A stretch of DNA of 64,000 nucleotides, from the NCBI GenBank assembly GCA_965153285.1, contig OZ229111.1; one strand, written 5' to 3'. This DNA is from Podarcis tiliguerta. Its lineage: Eukaryota. Below the pieces are notes generated by a model that saw only the letters and a program-made list of their open reading frames with translations, was not told the DNA's origin and made no database searches. The translations under genes and the position numbers were made by a program. Shown one piece after another: positions 1 through 11,411 of the stretch (positions within the stretch are counted from its first letter, which is position 1; every line of letters begins with the position of its first letter).

Positions 1-1045
1 GTTTCTAAACATCTTACTCTGTCACACAATGCCCAGTGCACGAGGGCAGAGCTCAGCTGTTTTGAAACCTTCCCCATAGGAAACCCAGTCACCAAGTTTA
101 GTTGACTATACAACTGAGGTTCTTGGGATCTATAGGAAGTTCCAAAGTCAGCTGCTTTCAGATGTTTGAAATGCCCTCAAACGTTACATGCAAAGTGGCC
201 CTTGAGTGCACATTCGTCTATAGATCATACACCAAAACACTTTTACCTGGCAGACATTTGCTGGGAACCTCAACTTCCCAGAACTGCAACCAGCAAAACA
301 TAACTGACGATTAAGTGAGTGCATACCAAGCATTCACCTGTGCATGCAGAGTGTCAGATATATATATTAGGGACGAGCACATACTTATCAGTTCACCTCA
401 AAAACCAAATATCTTCACAAATCCAATTATTTTGTCACCCACCACCCTTGACAAGCAAGTCATGATGTCTCCATTGACTGTAGAAAGCAGAGTTAAGAGA
501 GCTTGCACTTGGTAATGAGAAATCAATACATTGTTCTGTGAGCCCCCACCATCAATTTTTGAAGCTATAGAATCTCAAATGAAATTAAAAGAGAATACTT
601 CAAAAGATTTAAGCATACAGTATTAAGCAGATCCCTTTTCTTGCAAAATATGGAATTGGGATAGAGCCTCAACTGCACTCACACTGAGTCACAGGCATTC
701 AAGTGTGGGGGATGAGTTAAATTTGAGCCCACTCCCCGCTTTTTAGAATGTTTACTTGATAAATGTATACAGCAGGTGCACAATTCAGAAAGCAGTCTGC
801 CTCTTTCTGAAGCATTTGTCAAATGAATCAAGAATTGAATCACCCAACTTAAGTCCACTTCATCCCCCACACCAATAACTACTGGGAAGTTTAAAAAAAC
901 AACAACGACCTTTTCCTGTTGACAGAAGAGGATGGAATTTGCAGGCATAATAGACTCCCCCCACAACAGAGCAGATCAAATCTACCAAGTTACAGACAAA
1001 TATGTCCAGGAGGGGCTGTGCTTAAGATTCTTTGAAGTTCTCTCA

Positions 1046-1073
1046 GGAAAGGAAAGGAAAGGAAAGGAAAGGA
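1046..1073. repeat. (GGAAA)n pentanucleotide microsatellite
   Basis: ggaaaggaaaggaaaggaaaggaaagg. Confidence 0.9.
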
Positions 1074-2509
1074 AGAAGAAACTAATTTTATTTGGGAACA
1101 GAGTTGGATTTAGTGCAGTGAACATCACCCATTCTAAGAACTGATAGGAATTGGAATTCAACAATATCTGGAGGGCCACAGGCTCCATTACTGACTGAGG
1201 GTTTGTTACAGGTCTTCGTAACAAATACTTTTGCTGCTTACTTGCCATGCATTGTGCCTTAAAGCAGATTTTACTGAAGTATGTAATACAGTTTTATAGA
1301 ACAACCTCAGTACTACAACGTACCCACTACCCCTAAGGAGCCAGGTATGTAATACATCTGTAGATCCCATAGAAGGACTGATTGGAAACACTGTTGTCTG
1401 ATGTTGGCTGGGTTTTTTGTGAAACTAGGACACCAAGATTCTCTCAATTGAGTCTGGCAGTTTTCCTTCTGCTCAACACACAGGAAAGTGGGAATGAACT
1501 GGTGTGAAACACAGGACAATCTCTCCAGACATATAGCCATTTGGAACCATGTAACTATGAGAAGGCAATAGGGGAAAGAAAGGAAGAGAAGACAGGAAGA
1601 CCAAGATTGATTAGAGCAGCAGAGAAAGAGACAGAAACAGACGTCAGAATATGTATTAAATTGAAGCAGCATGCTGAATATATTCTGTATATTAGTGCAT
1701 TCTATGAGCAAGATAGCATTTATTCTTTAACCAGCCAATTATTTTATGTGTCTCCCCCAGTTAGATCCACATGATACAGATCTCTATAGCAGCAACTGCG
1801 CTCCTACCCTTCCAAAAACACGGCTGAAGGTAACTCAAGCATTACAGTGACTCAAGTACAACCTTCTGAGATCATCCTAACACCCATACTTCACACATAG
1901 CATGAATGAATGAATTCCCAGAACAGAAATTTTGGGCATATTGTTCTTCATCCAGTACTGCTGTGCTACAGTGAGTTAAGCCATGGTTTGGCTTAACATG
2001 TAGCCCAAACGCAAGCTCATGGTTTGTTTCCTCTAGACAAACCATAAACTGTGAAACCAGGAAAAAACCTCGGTTAATAAAACAAATCTGGGTTCAGCCA
2101 TGTGCTAAGTCAAATTGTGGCTTAGACTCAAGTAGACTGGCAGCAGGAGGAAGGTCTAAGAGGCAAAAATGATGATATCATTTTGAATAGCCTGTGCATT
2201 CACCTTAAGTCCAGGTTTGGCCTAGCATTACATGTGAACCAGATCACTTATTATTAGAATTGAGTCAGTGGGTGATGTGCTGGAAAGCAAAATTTAAATG
2301 CCACAGCTGGTTCATGGGGCCCAGGAAGAAATGGGTATGAGTCCTACCATGCAAAGCCCCGATCTAAATAAGAATGCCTTCCCTGATCTCTAGAAGTCTT
2401 TGGATAACCTTCCATTTTTAAATCTGATTGCAAAGAATGCCCAGAAGATTCAGTGACTTATTGGTTTATGGTTTCCAAAACGGTAAATGTATTAGTAGAA
2501 CTAACTTAC

Positions 2510-2632
2510 CTGGAATTTTTAAGTTAAGATCACACAAGCTTCCAACCGTGGCCACAGAAGGAGCCCGCCGAGTACGTGTAATGCTTTCCTTCACCCTTCC
2601 TTCACCACTTATTTTCACCGTGAATGGGCTCC
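2510..2632 (-). CDS. FLNB: FLNB exon 38 (repeat 19/20 junction), 123 nt
   Basis: tacag|..|gtaagt; [41 protein letters not shown]; phase 1-1. Confidence 0.95.
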
Positions 2633-2910
2633 CTGTAGTTCATAGAGACAAAACAACATTGAGTTCCATCTATCAGTACAGGAAGTGTAAAGACTTTCAC
2701 AGGCAATAACGTAACATATCTACCAATAGTTACCGTATTTTTCGCCCTATAAGACGCACTTTTCCCCCTCCAAAAATGAAGGGGAAATGTGTGTGCGTCT
2801 TATGGGGCGAATGCAGGCTCCTTGGCTTCAGCGATAGCAACGCGAAGCCTCCAAAGCCTGTGCTCTGGAGGCTTTGCGTTGCTTCCGCTGGAGCCAGGAG
2901 AGTCTGCTCT

Positions 2911-3330
2911 TTGAGGCTGGCGGTGGGGGAAAGCAGCGCCTCCTCCATCGCCAGCCCCAGAGGATGGAGGGCAGCGGGAAGGCGCGCGACGCCTTCCTGC
3001 TACTCTCCGACCAGGCTTTGAGGCTGGCGGGGGGGAAAGCAGCGCCTCCCCCATCGTCAGCCCCAGAGGATGGGGGGCAGCAGGAAGGCGCGCGACGCCT
3101 TCCTGCTACCCTCCAACCCGGCTTGGAGGCTGGCGGTGGGGAAAGGAGCGCTTCCCCCATCATCAGCCCCAGAGGATGGGGGGCAGCAGGAAGGCGCGCG
3201 ACGCCTTCCCGCTACCCTCCAACCCGGCTTGGAGGCTGGCGGGGGGGAAAGGAGCGCCTCCCCCATCGTCAGCCCCAGAGGATGGGGGGCAGCGGGAAGG
3301 CGCGCGACGCCTTCCCCCTACTCTCCAACC
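2911..3330. repeat. GC-rich minisatellite, about 106-bp unit x4, inside the transposon
   Basis: GAGGCTGGCGG recurs at 2913, 3020, 3126, 3232; each unit carries the hairpin GGAAGGCG-cgcga-CGCCTTCC. Confidence 0.9.
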
Positions 3331-3900
3331 CTCCTGTGGGCTTTTGCGGGAGATGGGGGAATTCCCCCACCTCCCACAAAAGCAGGCAAAAGCTGCGTGC
3401 TCCTTAAAGGGGCTCCGTGGCTTCTGCTGGCTTTTCTAGGAGGTGGGGGAATTCCCCCACTCGCAGAAAAGCCCGCAAGAGCCGCGCACCCTTTGAAGAG
3501 CGCGCCCCTCTTGGGGGCTTTTCCCCAAGGAGGGAGAAGGGACTGACTGGCTGAGTCCGTCCCTTCTCCCTCCTGTGGGCTTTTGCGGGAGATTGGGGAA
3601 TTCCCCCACCTCCCGCAAAAGCAGGCAAAAGCCGCGGGCTCTTTAAAGGGGCTCCGCGGCTTCTGCTGGCTTTTCTAGGAGGTGGGGGAATTCCCCCACC
3701 TCGTAGAAAAGCCAGCAGGAGCCACGAACCCTTTGAAGAGCGCGCCGCTCTTGGGGGCTTTTCCCGAGGAGGGAGAAGGGACTGACTGGCCATTTCAGTC
3801 CCTTTTCCCTCCTGGTCGAAAAGCCCGTAGGAGTCGCGCAGGGCTCCTGTGGGCTTTTGGGGGAGGTGGGGGAATTCCTCCACCTCCCGCAAAAGCAGGG
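3331..3900. repeat. About 239-bp tandem unit x2 plus a partial third copy, inside the transposon
   Basis: CTCCTGTGGGCTTTTG at 3331, 3570, 3844; recurrent palindrome GGGGGAATTCCCCC. Confidence 0.85.
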
Positions 3901-4115
3901 AGAAGGTCTTGGAGTAGCGCACAGGCTGCGTGCAGCCTGTCCGCTGCTCCCAGAGCTGCGGGGGGGAAAACATATTTTTTTCCTTGATTTCCCCCCCTGA
4001 AAACTAGGTGCGTCCTATGGGCCGGTGCGTCCAATAGGGCGAAAAATACGGTATTTCCACTACCATCTTGGAATTCTTTCCCACTGAGGAAGGCTGGACC
4101 TCTGCATTGTTAACT

Positions 4116-4235
4116 AATAATAATAATAAATAATAATAATAATTTATTATTTGTACCCCCCCCCCATCTGGCTGAGTTTCCCCAGCCACTTTGGGCGGCT
4201 TCCACAGAGACCAAAAATACACTAAAGCACATTAA
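4116..4235 (-). mobile_element. (AAT)n tail plus LINE-like 3' end fragment
   Basis: taataataa run followed by tttattatttgtacccc...gggcggcttccaca, resembling squamate CR1/L2-type 3' ends in reverse. Confidence 0.5.
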
Positions 4236-4759
4236 GCATGAGACTTATCAGCGATGACCATCAAGGAAGCCCCATCTTCCTACACAGATTAACTTGCTAT
4301 TTGCACACATTCAGCTTTACATGCTTTGCGAATTTTAAATAAATTAAAGGCAGGGCAGGGGGAAAAAGGCTTTGGCAATCCCACCCACCTACGACCCCGA
4401 ATGTATTTTGACCATACGTGATTTTGGCTTTGCAAGCTGCACCCTAGAACGCAACCCCCATGTAAGTTGAGAGTCACCTGTACCAAACCAATATTCTAGT
4501 TTGAGTAGCAAAGAGATAAGTGTTACACTGCAGCAGGAGACAACCCCTCAAACAAAAGCATCTTCAAGGTGCGCAAGAAGTTTATTATCCTGCCTTCCAA
4601 AATTTGGCAATCAAGCTTCTTCAGGCATTTTCAGAACATGAAGGCCCTGGTGGGAAGCCTAGATGGTGTCCTATAGACTCTGCACTTATTACAAGAGGTC
4701 GGCGCTGATGGGGAAGTGGACCGGCAATGGCTCGCTTACGTAGGCTTCTTTTCTCTTAC

Positions 4760-4912
4760 CTGGGATGTGCTCATCAGCAAACTTAGTAGATACTATGTAG
4801 ACACCAGGTACAGTTGGAAAGTACGAAACTCTGCAAGTTCCATCCTCTAGATCTTCTGTCTGGATATCTACTTTGCTAGGTCCTTCAACTGCCAGCGATA
4901 TCCCACCATAAC
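4760..4912 (-). CDS. FLNB: FLNB exon 37, 153 nt
   Basis: tctag|..|gtaaga; [51 protein letters not shown]. Confidence 0.95.
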
Positions 4913-5325
4913 CTAGAAAAGAAAGCAGCTGGGATGAGAGCAAGCAGTTGTGAAGAGCTCCAATGAGCACTGCCTAAATCTTGATGGACGGCTTTTACGG
5001 ATTGTATATTAACCATTGCAAGTGAGCCAGCCGTTTCAGCTCATGGTCACATATGAGATTTTGCTTGATATGCTGCTTGTGGTATAGAGCTGTGAGGTTT
5101 AACCTATATAAATTAGCAGATTGACAGAGCATCCAAACCTGCTCTACATCATGGCAACCACAATTTACAAGTCAGAGGCAATTTTGCTCTGCTCAGTTGC
5201 TGTGATGATCGGACAACTGTGACTCAGAACAACAACAGCAGATCAACCACATCACAGGTGGGCAACCCGCAGCCCACAGGCATCCCTTAGATACTCTCTG
5301 GCAGCCCAGGAATCCCAGTACTGAC

Positions 5326-5529
5326 CTGCATCTCTTGTATCTACAATGAAGTCACACATTTCAAACGTGCGTCCTTCGACCAAGCCACGTCCAGAAACCC
5401 TTGCTCTGCTCGCATCACCAATCTCAGACTGGACCACCATAATGGACACCGGACTGTTGGGGACATGGCTCCCATTCTTCATAATACTGACCAGGTGCTC
5501 TCCCACCTCCCGTGGAATGAATGAGATAC
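5326..5529 (-). CDS. FLNB: FLNB exon 36, 204 nt
   Basis: ggcag|..|gtcagt; [68 protein letters not shown]. Confidence 0.95.
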
Positions 5530-5638
5530 CTGCCAGACAGAGGTTAGCAGCAAGACAAATTTGTAACTTCACACTTTATATTTTGGCCCCCCTCCCTCCA
5601 CACACACTGTCAAATCACAATACAGAACTGGAAGATAG

Positions 5639-5988
5639 GTAAAGGTAAAAGCAAAGGTAAAGGGACCCCTGACCATTAAGTCCAGTTGTGACCCATTCTG
5701 GAGTTGCAGCACTCATCTCACTTTATTGGCTGGGGGAGCCGGCGTACAGCTTCCAGGTCATGTGGCCAGCATGACTAAGCTGCTTCTGGCACACCAGAGC
5801 AGTTTACCTTCCCACTGGAGCGGTACCTATTTATCTACTTGCACTTTGACGTGCTTTCGAACTGCTAGGTTGGCAGGAGCTGGGACCGAGCAACGGGAGC
5901 TCACCCCATCGAGGGGATTCGAACCGCCAACCTTCTGATCGGCAAGTCCTAGGCTCTGTGGTTTAACTCACAGTGCCACCCGCGTCCC
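5639..5988 (-). mobile_element. Sauria/Squam1-type tRNA-derived SINE, near full length
   Basis: minus strand starts GGGACGCGGGTGGCACTGTG...GGTTCGAATCCCC (A/B boxes), ends in an (ACCTTT)-like tail; TSD TGGAAGATAG at 5629-38 and 5989-98. Confidence 0.88.
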
Positions 5989-6159
5989 TGGAAGATAGCT
6001 GGCATTAAATATTTGTGGCATCAAAATCCCACTCTAGCCACAAATTAAAAGTATTATTTGATTCCAATTGTGGCCCAGGCTCACAAGCTTCCCCAAGACC
6101 ACCCTGCCAGCACCACACAACCAATACAGCAGCCTTCCTAGAAGATGATTAAGACTTAC

Positions 6160-6318
6160 CAATGTGGTTATTGGGTAGCCTTTTCAGAAGACAAGGTTCA
6201 TCTCGGCCAGATGGGGCTTTAATACTGGCTGTCAAGAGGCTAAGATCAGTCTCATTAATGTCTAACAGGAAGTCAGCAGCAGAGCCCAGTTTAACTTGAG
6301 ATTGCTTCCTATTGTCAT
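6160..6318 (-). CDS. FLNB: FLNB exon 35, 159 nt
   Basis: taaag|..|gtaagt; [53 protein letters not shown]. Confidence 0.95.
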
Positions 6319-6790
6319 CTTTAAGAAGGAAAATTTCCCATTAGGACTTTGGATTAAAACACTACTAGGTATTAACATTACTGGATCTTAACATTCTGGG
6401 CAAACCATCCAAATGCCTTTCCACTTAGATTTACAAAGCAAGCATCGATGAGAATCAGAAGACATGTATGCTGCTTACAAATGCAAATTTATGCTCCACG
6501 AAACCAGGACTCTAGTGGACAATAACTGGACAACACTTGACAGCTCAGAAGTTATTGCAGGGAACCTTTTGTTTCTGCAGTTCATACTAAATTACTGGGC
6601 AAAAGCCAGCTAAACACAACATGACTTCATCACATGGTTAAAAACAAGTTGTCAGTTCTCCGTTTGCAGTCTACACAGAGTACGAGTGTTGAAGGCAAGT
6701 CTTTTCTTTATGTAAATTTATACTAAATGCAACGGATTGCAAACACAAAGCTTTTAGGCCCATTGTGGCTGTTTCAAGTGCTCCTCGTAC

Positions 6791-6964
6791 CTGTGATTTT
6801 GGCAGTGAATGGGCTTCCTGGGATGTGTTTGTCATTGTATTTGACTAATATACTGTAGTTTCCTGGAAGAGTTGGCAAGTAAGTCACGGTGCAAGTGCCA
6901 TCCTTGTTATCAATACAACTGATCTCAGCCTTGGAGGGACCTTCAATTGCTAGGTCCAAGCCAC
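6791..6964 (-). CDS. FLNB: FLNB exon 34, 174 nt
   Basis: gacag|..|gtacga; [58 protein letters not shown]. Confidence 0.95.
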
Positions 6965-7750
6965 CTGTCACGTTGGAGAAAAAAGTGACACAAGAATTCT
7001 CAAACTTACATTTTTCAAGACATGGTCCGAAATAAAAATCAGTGAACTTCAATTAAGAACCAAGTTTCAGTTCCAGATGTGGGGGGCCCTGCCTGGATTG
7101 AGCATCATGGCTAGCCCTCTGAAGATCTCATTTGTCATATTCAAGTGATCTTCAAAAATGTTTTATTGGGTGTGAAAGCAAGCAACTTTGAATTAAGGGA
7201 ATTAAGTCTGTGTCAAACTGACTGTAATCAGCTCTGAATTTCCTGCTGCAAACAAGGGGTTGGACTACAAGGGCAGGAAGACCCTATGTCCCAACTCTAT
7301 GGTTCTATACAGAAAAATCTACCTTTCCCCTAAAGAAGGGTTCAATGTCCAGAATCGTATTTGGACTTGCAGGTACACATCCAAGCTCAGCCACAAAGCT
7401 CACTTCGTGGCTTTCTGTAGCTCTCAGCCTAACCCATCATTAGGGGCACCATAATGTTAGATGGGACAGTTGTAACACATCATGTAATCTGCAAAATGCT
7501 TCAGAAATACAATCTGTTAGTGATGCTATGTTGACCCATGCACTGGTATATTTATAGATCCCTGAAGTTACTGGGGAAATGAAGAAAATGATGAATTATT
7601 TCTATTCACCCTCTATGAAGTCTGATTATAGCATCCGCCTCGGAATTTAAATTTTGGGGCATGCTTACATGGAAGTTAAATATTCCACCAAAAATCAGAC
7701 AGGATTCATGTCAAGTAAATTCTTCAGAGACTACGGAATAGACCACTTAC

Positions 7751-7879
7751 CCTCACCAGCATCTTCTGTGACTATGGTAAAGGTTGCTGGCTTGTTTGCT
7801 ACACCATAGACAAGGCCAGGTCCATAAGCAGTTACGTTTCCACTGTTGGGATAGTTCACATAGAACTGTAGAGGGCTCT
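7751..7879 (-). CDS. FLNB: FLNB exon 33, 129 nt
   Basis: tgcag|..|gtaagt; [43 protein letters not shown]. Confidence 0.95.
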
Positions 7880-9883
7880 CTGCAAAGGTTGAAAAACTAT
7901 GCATAAACACACTTGAGATAGGATATTTAAATTATTTCAACATCTTTTTGTACATCTCTCCAAAGAGAACGAATATAAATTTGTGTGTTTACTCAGCAAT
8001 TTAATACGTCTTAAGCTTGCACACACAGTGTTTATTTTCAGTCCCTCCCTATATTCCATTCCGTATGACAGAGAATGCTACGTATTAAGACCCCTGCTAT
8101 ATAAGACCAAGATCTTATATCCAGCATCCATTTGCCACAGTGGCTAACCAGATGCTTATCTAGGAAACCCACAAGCAGGAGGACATGGAGGCAACCGCTC
8201 TCTTGTGCTGCAGTTGTCCAGCCATTCATATATGGAGGCATAATGCCTCTGATGCTGGAGAGCCTTGCAAGAAATTAAATGCAAGATCCTCTGTCAATCA
8301 TGAGCATTTAGGAAAGTTTTCAAGCCTTCTGCTCAGTTCCAGTAACTTTATCCTCCTCTGATTTCAGTGTTTCACTAGTTTCCATTTAGGTTGCACATTT
8401 ATTCACTGCCCCAAAGTGTACTAGAGCACTCTAGAAAGCCTACTACTGCAAATAATTAACATATGCAGCACCCAACCATCAAAGTCTCCCACAGGACTTT
8501 GCCTTACACCTCCCAGTTTATACATCCACACAGCAGGAACTCCAACCATCCCATGCAGTTGCTTTCTACCAGCAAGAAAAGAGCAGGTCCTCAGTCATGC
8601 CCATGTAAAGGATCCAACTTCTTACAAATTTATCAACTGGTTGCTGCCAGTGAAGTTTGAGTTTGCCAGAGGTTCACTAAGCCAGTCATCACGGAGCACA
8701 TAAAAAAGCCAATGCTATTTTTTTTATAATAAAAAAAGTCCAGATTTATGCAGAGACTGTTCTTGTGGCTGGGACTTAACTGGCGCTTCTATTTCTAGCT
8801 CTGCCACAGGCTTCAAAGCTGAAATAGCTGAACGTGTCTCTGTCCCCAAAAGCTATGAGCCGGCTCCAGTTGGTCTGGATGTGCCCCAGTTCAAGGAACA
8901 AAAAGCCCCTTTTGACATGGGCAGAAACCTGCAATGCCGCTTCCAAGAGTAGATAGGGAGCTGTACACACAGGTAGTATGGAACAGGACATCCACCTCTT
9001 TCTGTTTTATTTATTTAGAAAGCTGCTTAGTCACAAAACTCTAAGCGATGTAATAAAAATTATTTGAGCAGCGGCACTACAGGTGCGGAAAGGCACCGAG
9101 TGTGACCCCCGAAGCACCAGCATGCCAAAGAGGAAAAATATCCATGCAGAATTCTTGGTTGTATCAATACCAGTAAGCCAGGAGAATATGTATGCAAAAG
9201 CTGAACTACCAGGGATTTGTCCATTTTCCCAGATAAAATTAATTGAAAATTCTTGCCAAGTAGTAAACCTTAAGCTAGCTAATAGTGTTGGCTTAAGAGA
9301 GGAGGCGGGGGAGGGGGGAAGGCCAGATGGATTGTATTCAGATTTCATTTTTACAACTTCTCAATGAAGACGATGCATGCGAGTCAGCCAGCAAAAGTGG
9401 CGCAGGCAGTCAAAACTGGCAACGTAAGTACTTCACTAGGAAATTGGGCTGAGCTCTTTATAGCTTGATCCTTTCCACAGATTATAGTTTGAGCAAAGGA
9501 GGCCTAATATTTTACACATGCATTTCAAAACTTTTTCTCAATTCTAGTTGTAGTACCTCCTCACTAAAATAAGTTAATTATACGTTCCAAGCTAACTGCA
9601 AAAGTAAGGCCACAAAACTCTGTCCACAAAAGCCAAATCTGTTTTAAGTCTGGCACAGGCTGTAAACCCACTAAGAATCCCTCCTGCCTTCACTCAGCTG
9701 CCATCGCCATACGAGGCATGCAATACAACCCTAGACCAAGGCAACTCATAGGACTGAAGTGTCCACAATTGAAGAAAAAGTGGGAATAAATGAAGCCCTC
9801 AACAACGGCAAATGCAGCAAATCAACAACAGCTGAGTTCTTGTAACATAACGTACTGCTGATTTGAGATCAGCTGGCACTCAC

Positions 9884-10024
9884 CTGGAATATGACTGCCC
9901 ATGTATTTGATATGCATTTCATGCAATCCAACCTCAACAGGGGCATAGCTGACGGTTACAGTGCCATCCTTGTTATCAACAATATCTGCTGGTGCAGTCT
10001 TCCCCGAGGGCATGTGAACTTCCC
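9884..10024 (-). CDS. FLNB: FLNB exon 32, 141 nt
   Basis: ttcag|..|gtgagt; [47 protein letters not shown]. Confidence 0.95.
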
Positions 10025-10389
10025 CTGAAAACACAAGGCTCAAACTGAATTCAAACTGCACAATACTTCAAAAGGCAAAGCCATGTGTTTTGGTGTTTTC
10101 ACACTCAAATCCGCATGGTATTGGGGCCTTCCCTTTCACTCATATAAACAGGGGAGGGGAGGTTATACAAAGGTGCAAAGGTTTCCCTGCATTTCTTTGA
10201 AAGCACTTCCAAAAATTCTCCTGCATTAAGGCTTAGAGATCCATTTATTCTTCTGATAATGACCAGAATATAACACGCTAATATTCTTTAACACAAGTCA
10301 TGTCCTTGAAGGTTGGCTTAGACAGACAAAATCCATCAAGCCATCAAGGTCTGGTGGCATCTACCACTCTCTATAGAGTTTGCCATGGC

Positions 10390-10855
10390 CTGCCAAAGCT
10401 GACTGTTTTCAAGCTCAGGACTGCAATACCTCAAGGACAGCCTTTCCCCATATGAACCTACCCGGACCTTGCAATCATGATCCTCTGTGTGTCTCCTCCA
10501 TAAGAGATCTGGAGGGTGGCAACACGAGAAAGGTCTTTTCAGCATTGGCTTCCCACTTGTGGAATGCTCTCCCCAGGGAGGTTCGCCTGGCACCTTGTAA
10601 CACCTTTAGGCACCAGGCAAAAACCAGACCTTTGGCTAATTAAACAATCTATGGCCTTTTTAACAGTGTAGGGGTGGTGTTTTTGTTGTGAACAGCCCTG
10701 AGATCTACGGATGAAGGGTGGTATACAGATTCAATAAATAACAAAAATGATAATTGTTATGGTATGTATTTTTGTGTTTTTATATTGTGAACCGCTCCAT
10801 GATCCTCGGATGAAGGGCAATATAGAAATTCAATAAATAATAAGAAATAATAATC
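10390..10855 (+). mobile_element. LINE (L2/CR1 group) 3' fragment with duplicated terminal segment
   Basis: tggaatgctctccccagggagg motif; two copies of gtgaac..gat..cggatgaaggg..tata.a.attcaataaataa near 10688 and 10787. Confidence 0.55.
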
Positions 10856-11144
10856 GAAGGCCTCAATGAAGAGCTGTTGCTCTGGGTGATGCTTAAGAGC
10901 AGATTAAATAGACTTGCGCAGTGGAGCACAAGGACAGGACAATCATGGCTACTCTAGGAGGGCTTCATTTTTATCTCCTCCCAGCTCTGCTAAGGCCAAA
11001 CAATAGCGCAATCTTTTTGAAAGATTATCTTGCAGGGTGAAATCTATGCTTCTATTATAATATATTACAAAGCTAAACTACTGAGCCATGCAAGGGGCAC
11101 TCATAAGACAGGTGGGGGCAAGGCATTTTCCTCGACATTAACTA

Positions 11145-11268
11145 AGGGATGGAGACTCTGTGGCTCTCCAGATGTTGCCTTTAACCTACATCAGCCCCAA
11201 CCAGCTGCCAGGGACTGTGGGAGTTAAGAGCCCAACATCTGGCGGGCCACAGGGTCCTCACCACTGCT
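11145..11268. mobile_element. Palindromic hAT-like MITE (ccagatgtt...aacatctgg family), diverged
   Basis: tgtggctctccagatgttg ... caacatctggcgggccaca inverted repeat. Confidence 0.6.
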
Positions 11269-11308
11269 TTAAAGAGAGTGATCAACTGTGTGCTGAAAGC
11301 TTGTTTAC

Positions 11309-11411
11309 CAGTTATTTCTCCTTTTCTTACTGCGAAAGGAATGACCATATCAAAGGGCTTAAACCCAAGACCATTCATGTCACCATCAGGAACATAAGCT
11401 TCTTCCGTGAC
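11309..11411 (-). CDS. FLNB: FLNB exon 31, 103 nt
   Basis: aatag|..|gtaaac; VTEEAYVPDGDMNGLGFKPFDMVIPFAVRKGEIT. Confidence 0.95.

Larger units (their letters stand above)
2733..4051. mobile_element. Non-autonomous Tc1/mariner-superfamily DNA transposon (CCGTA-ended, Tc2/pogo-like), about 1.3 kb
   Basis: TA at both flanks (2731-32, 4052-53); 27-bp TIR CCGTATTTTTCGCCCTAT(AA/TG)GACGCAC; no transposase ORF. Confidence 0.85.

Noticed and set aside
1-2509. FLNB exon 39 and the known Q/R RNA-editing exon
   Set aside because: No repeat 20-22 coding sequence is visible here; these lie downstream, outside the window.
2911-3900. Regularly spaced palindromic repeats resembling a CRISPR array
   Set aside because: The units are full tandem copies without unique spacers, there are no cas genes, and the context is a vertebrate intron.
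2730-4034. Cluster of overlapping 70-190 aa ORFs on both strands
   Set aside because: They arise from stop-poor GC-rich tandem repeats inside a MITE; the peptides are repetitive and lack transposase or other domain signatures.
9031-9367. Overlapping antiparallel ORFs in intron 32
   Set aside because: No filamin or other domain similarity; the length is within chance expectation.
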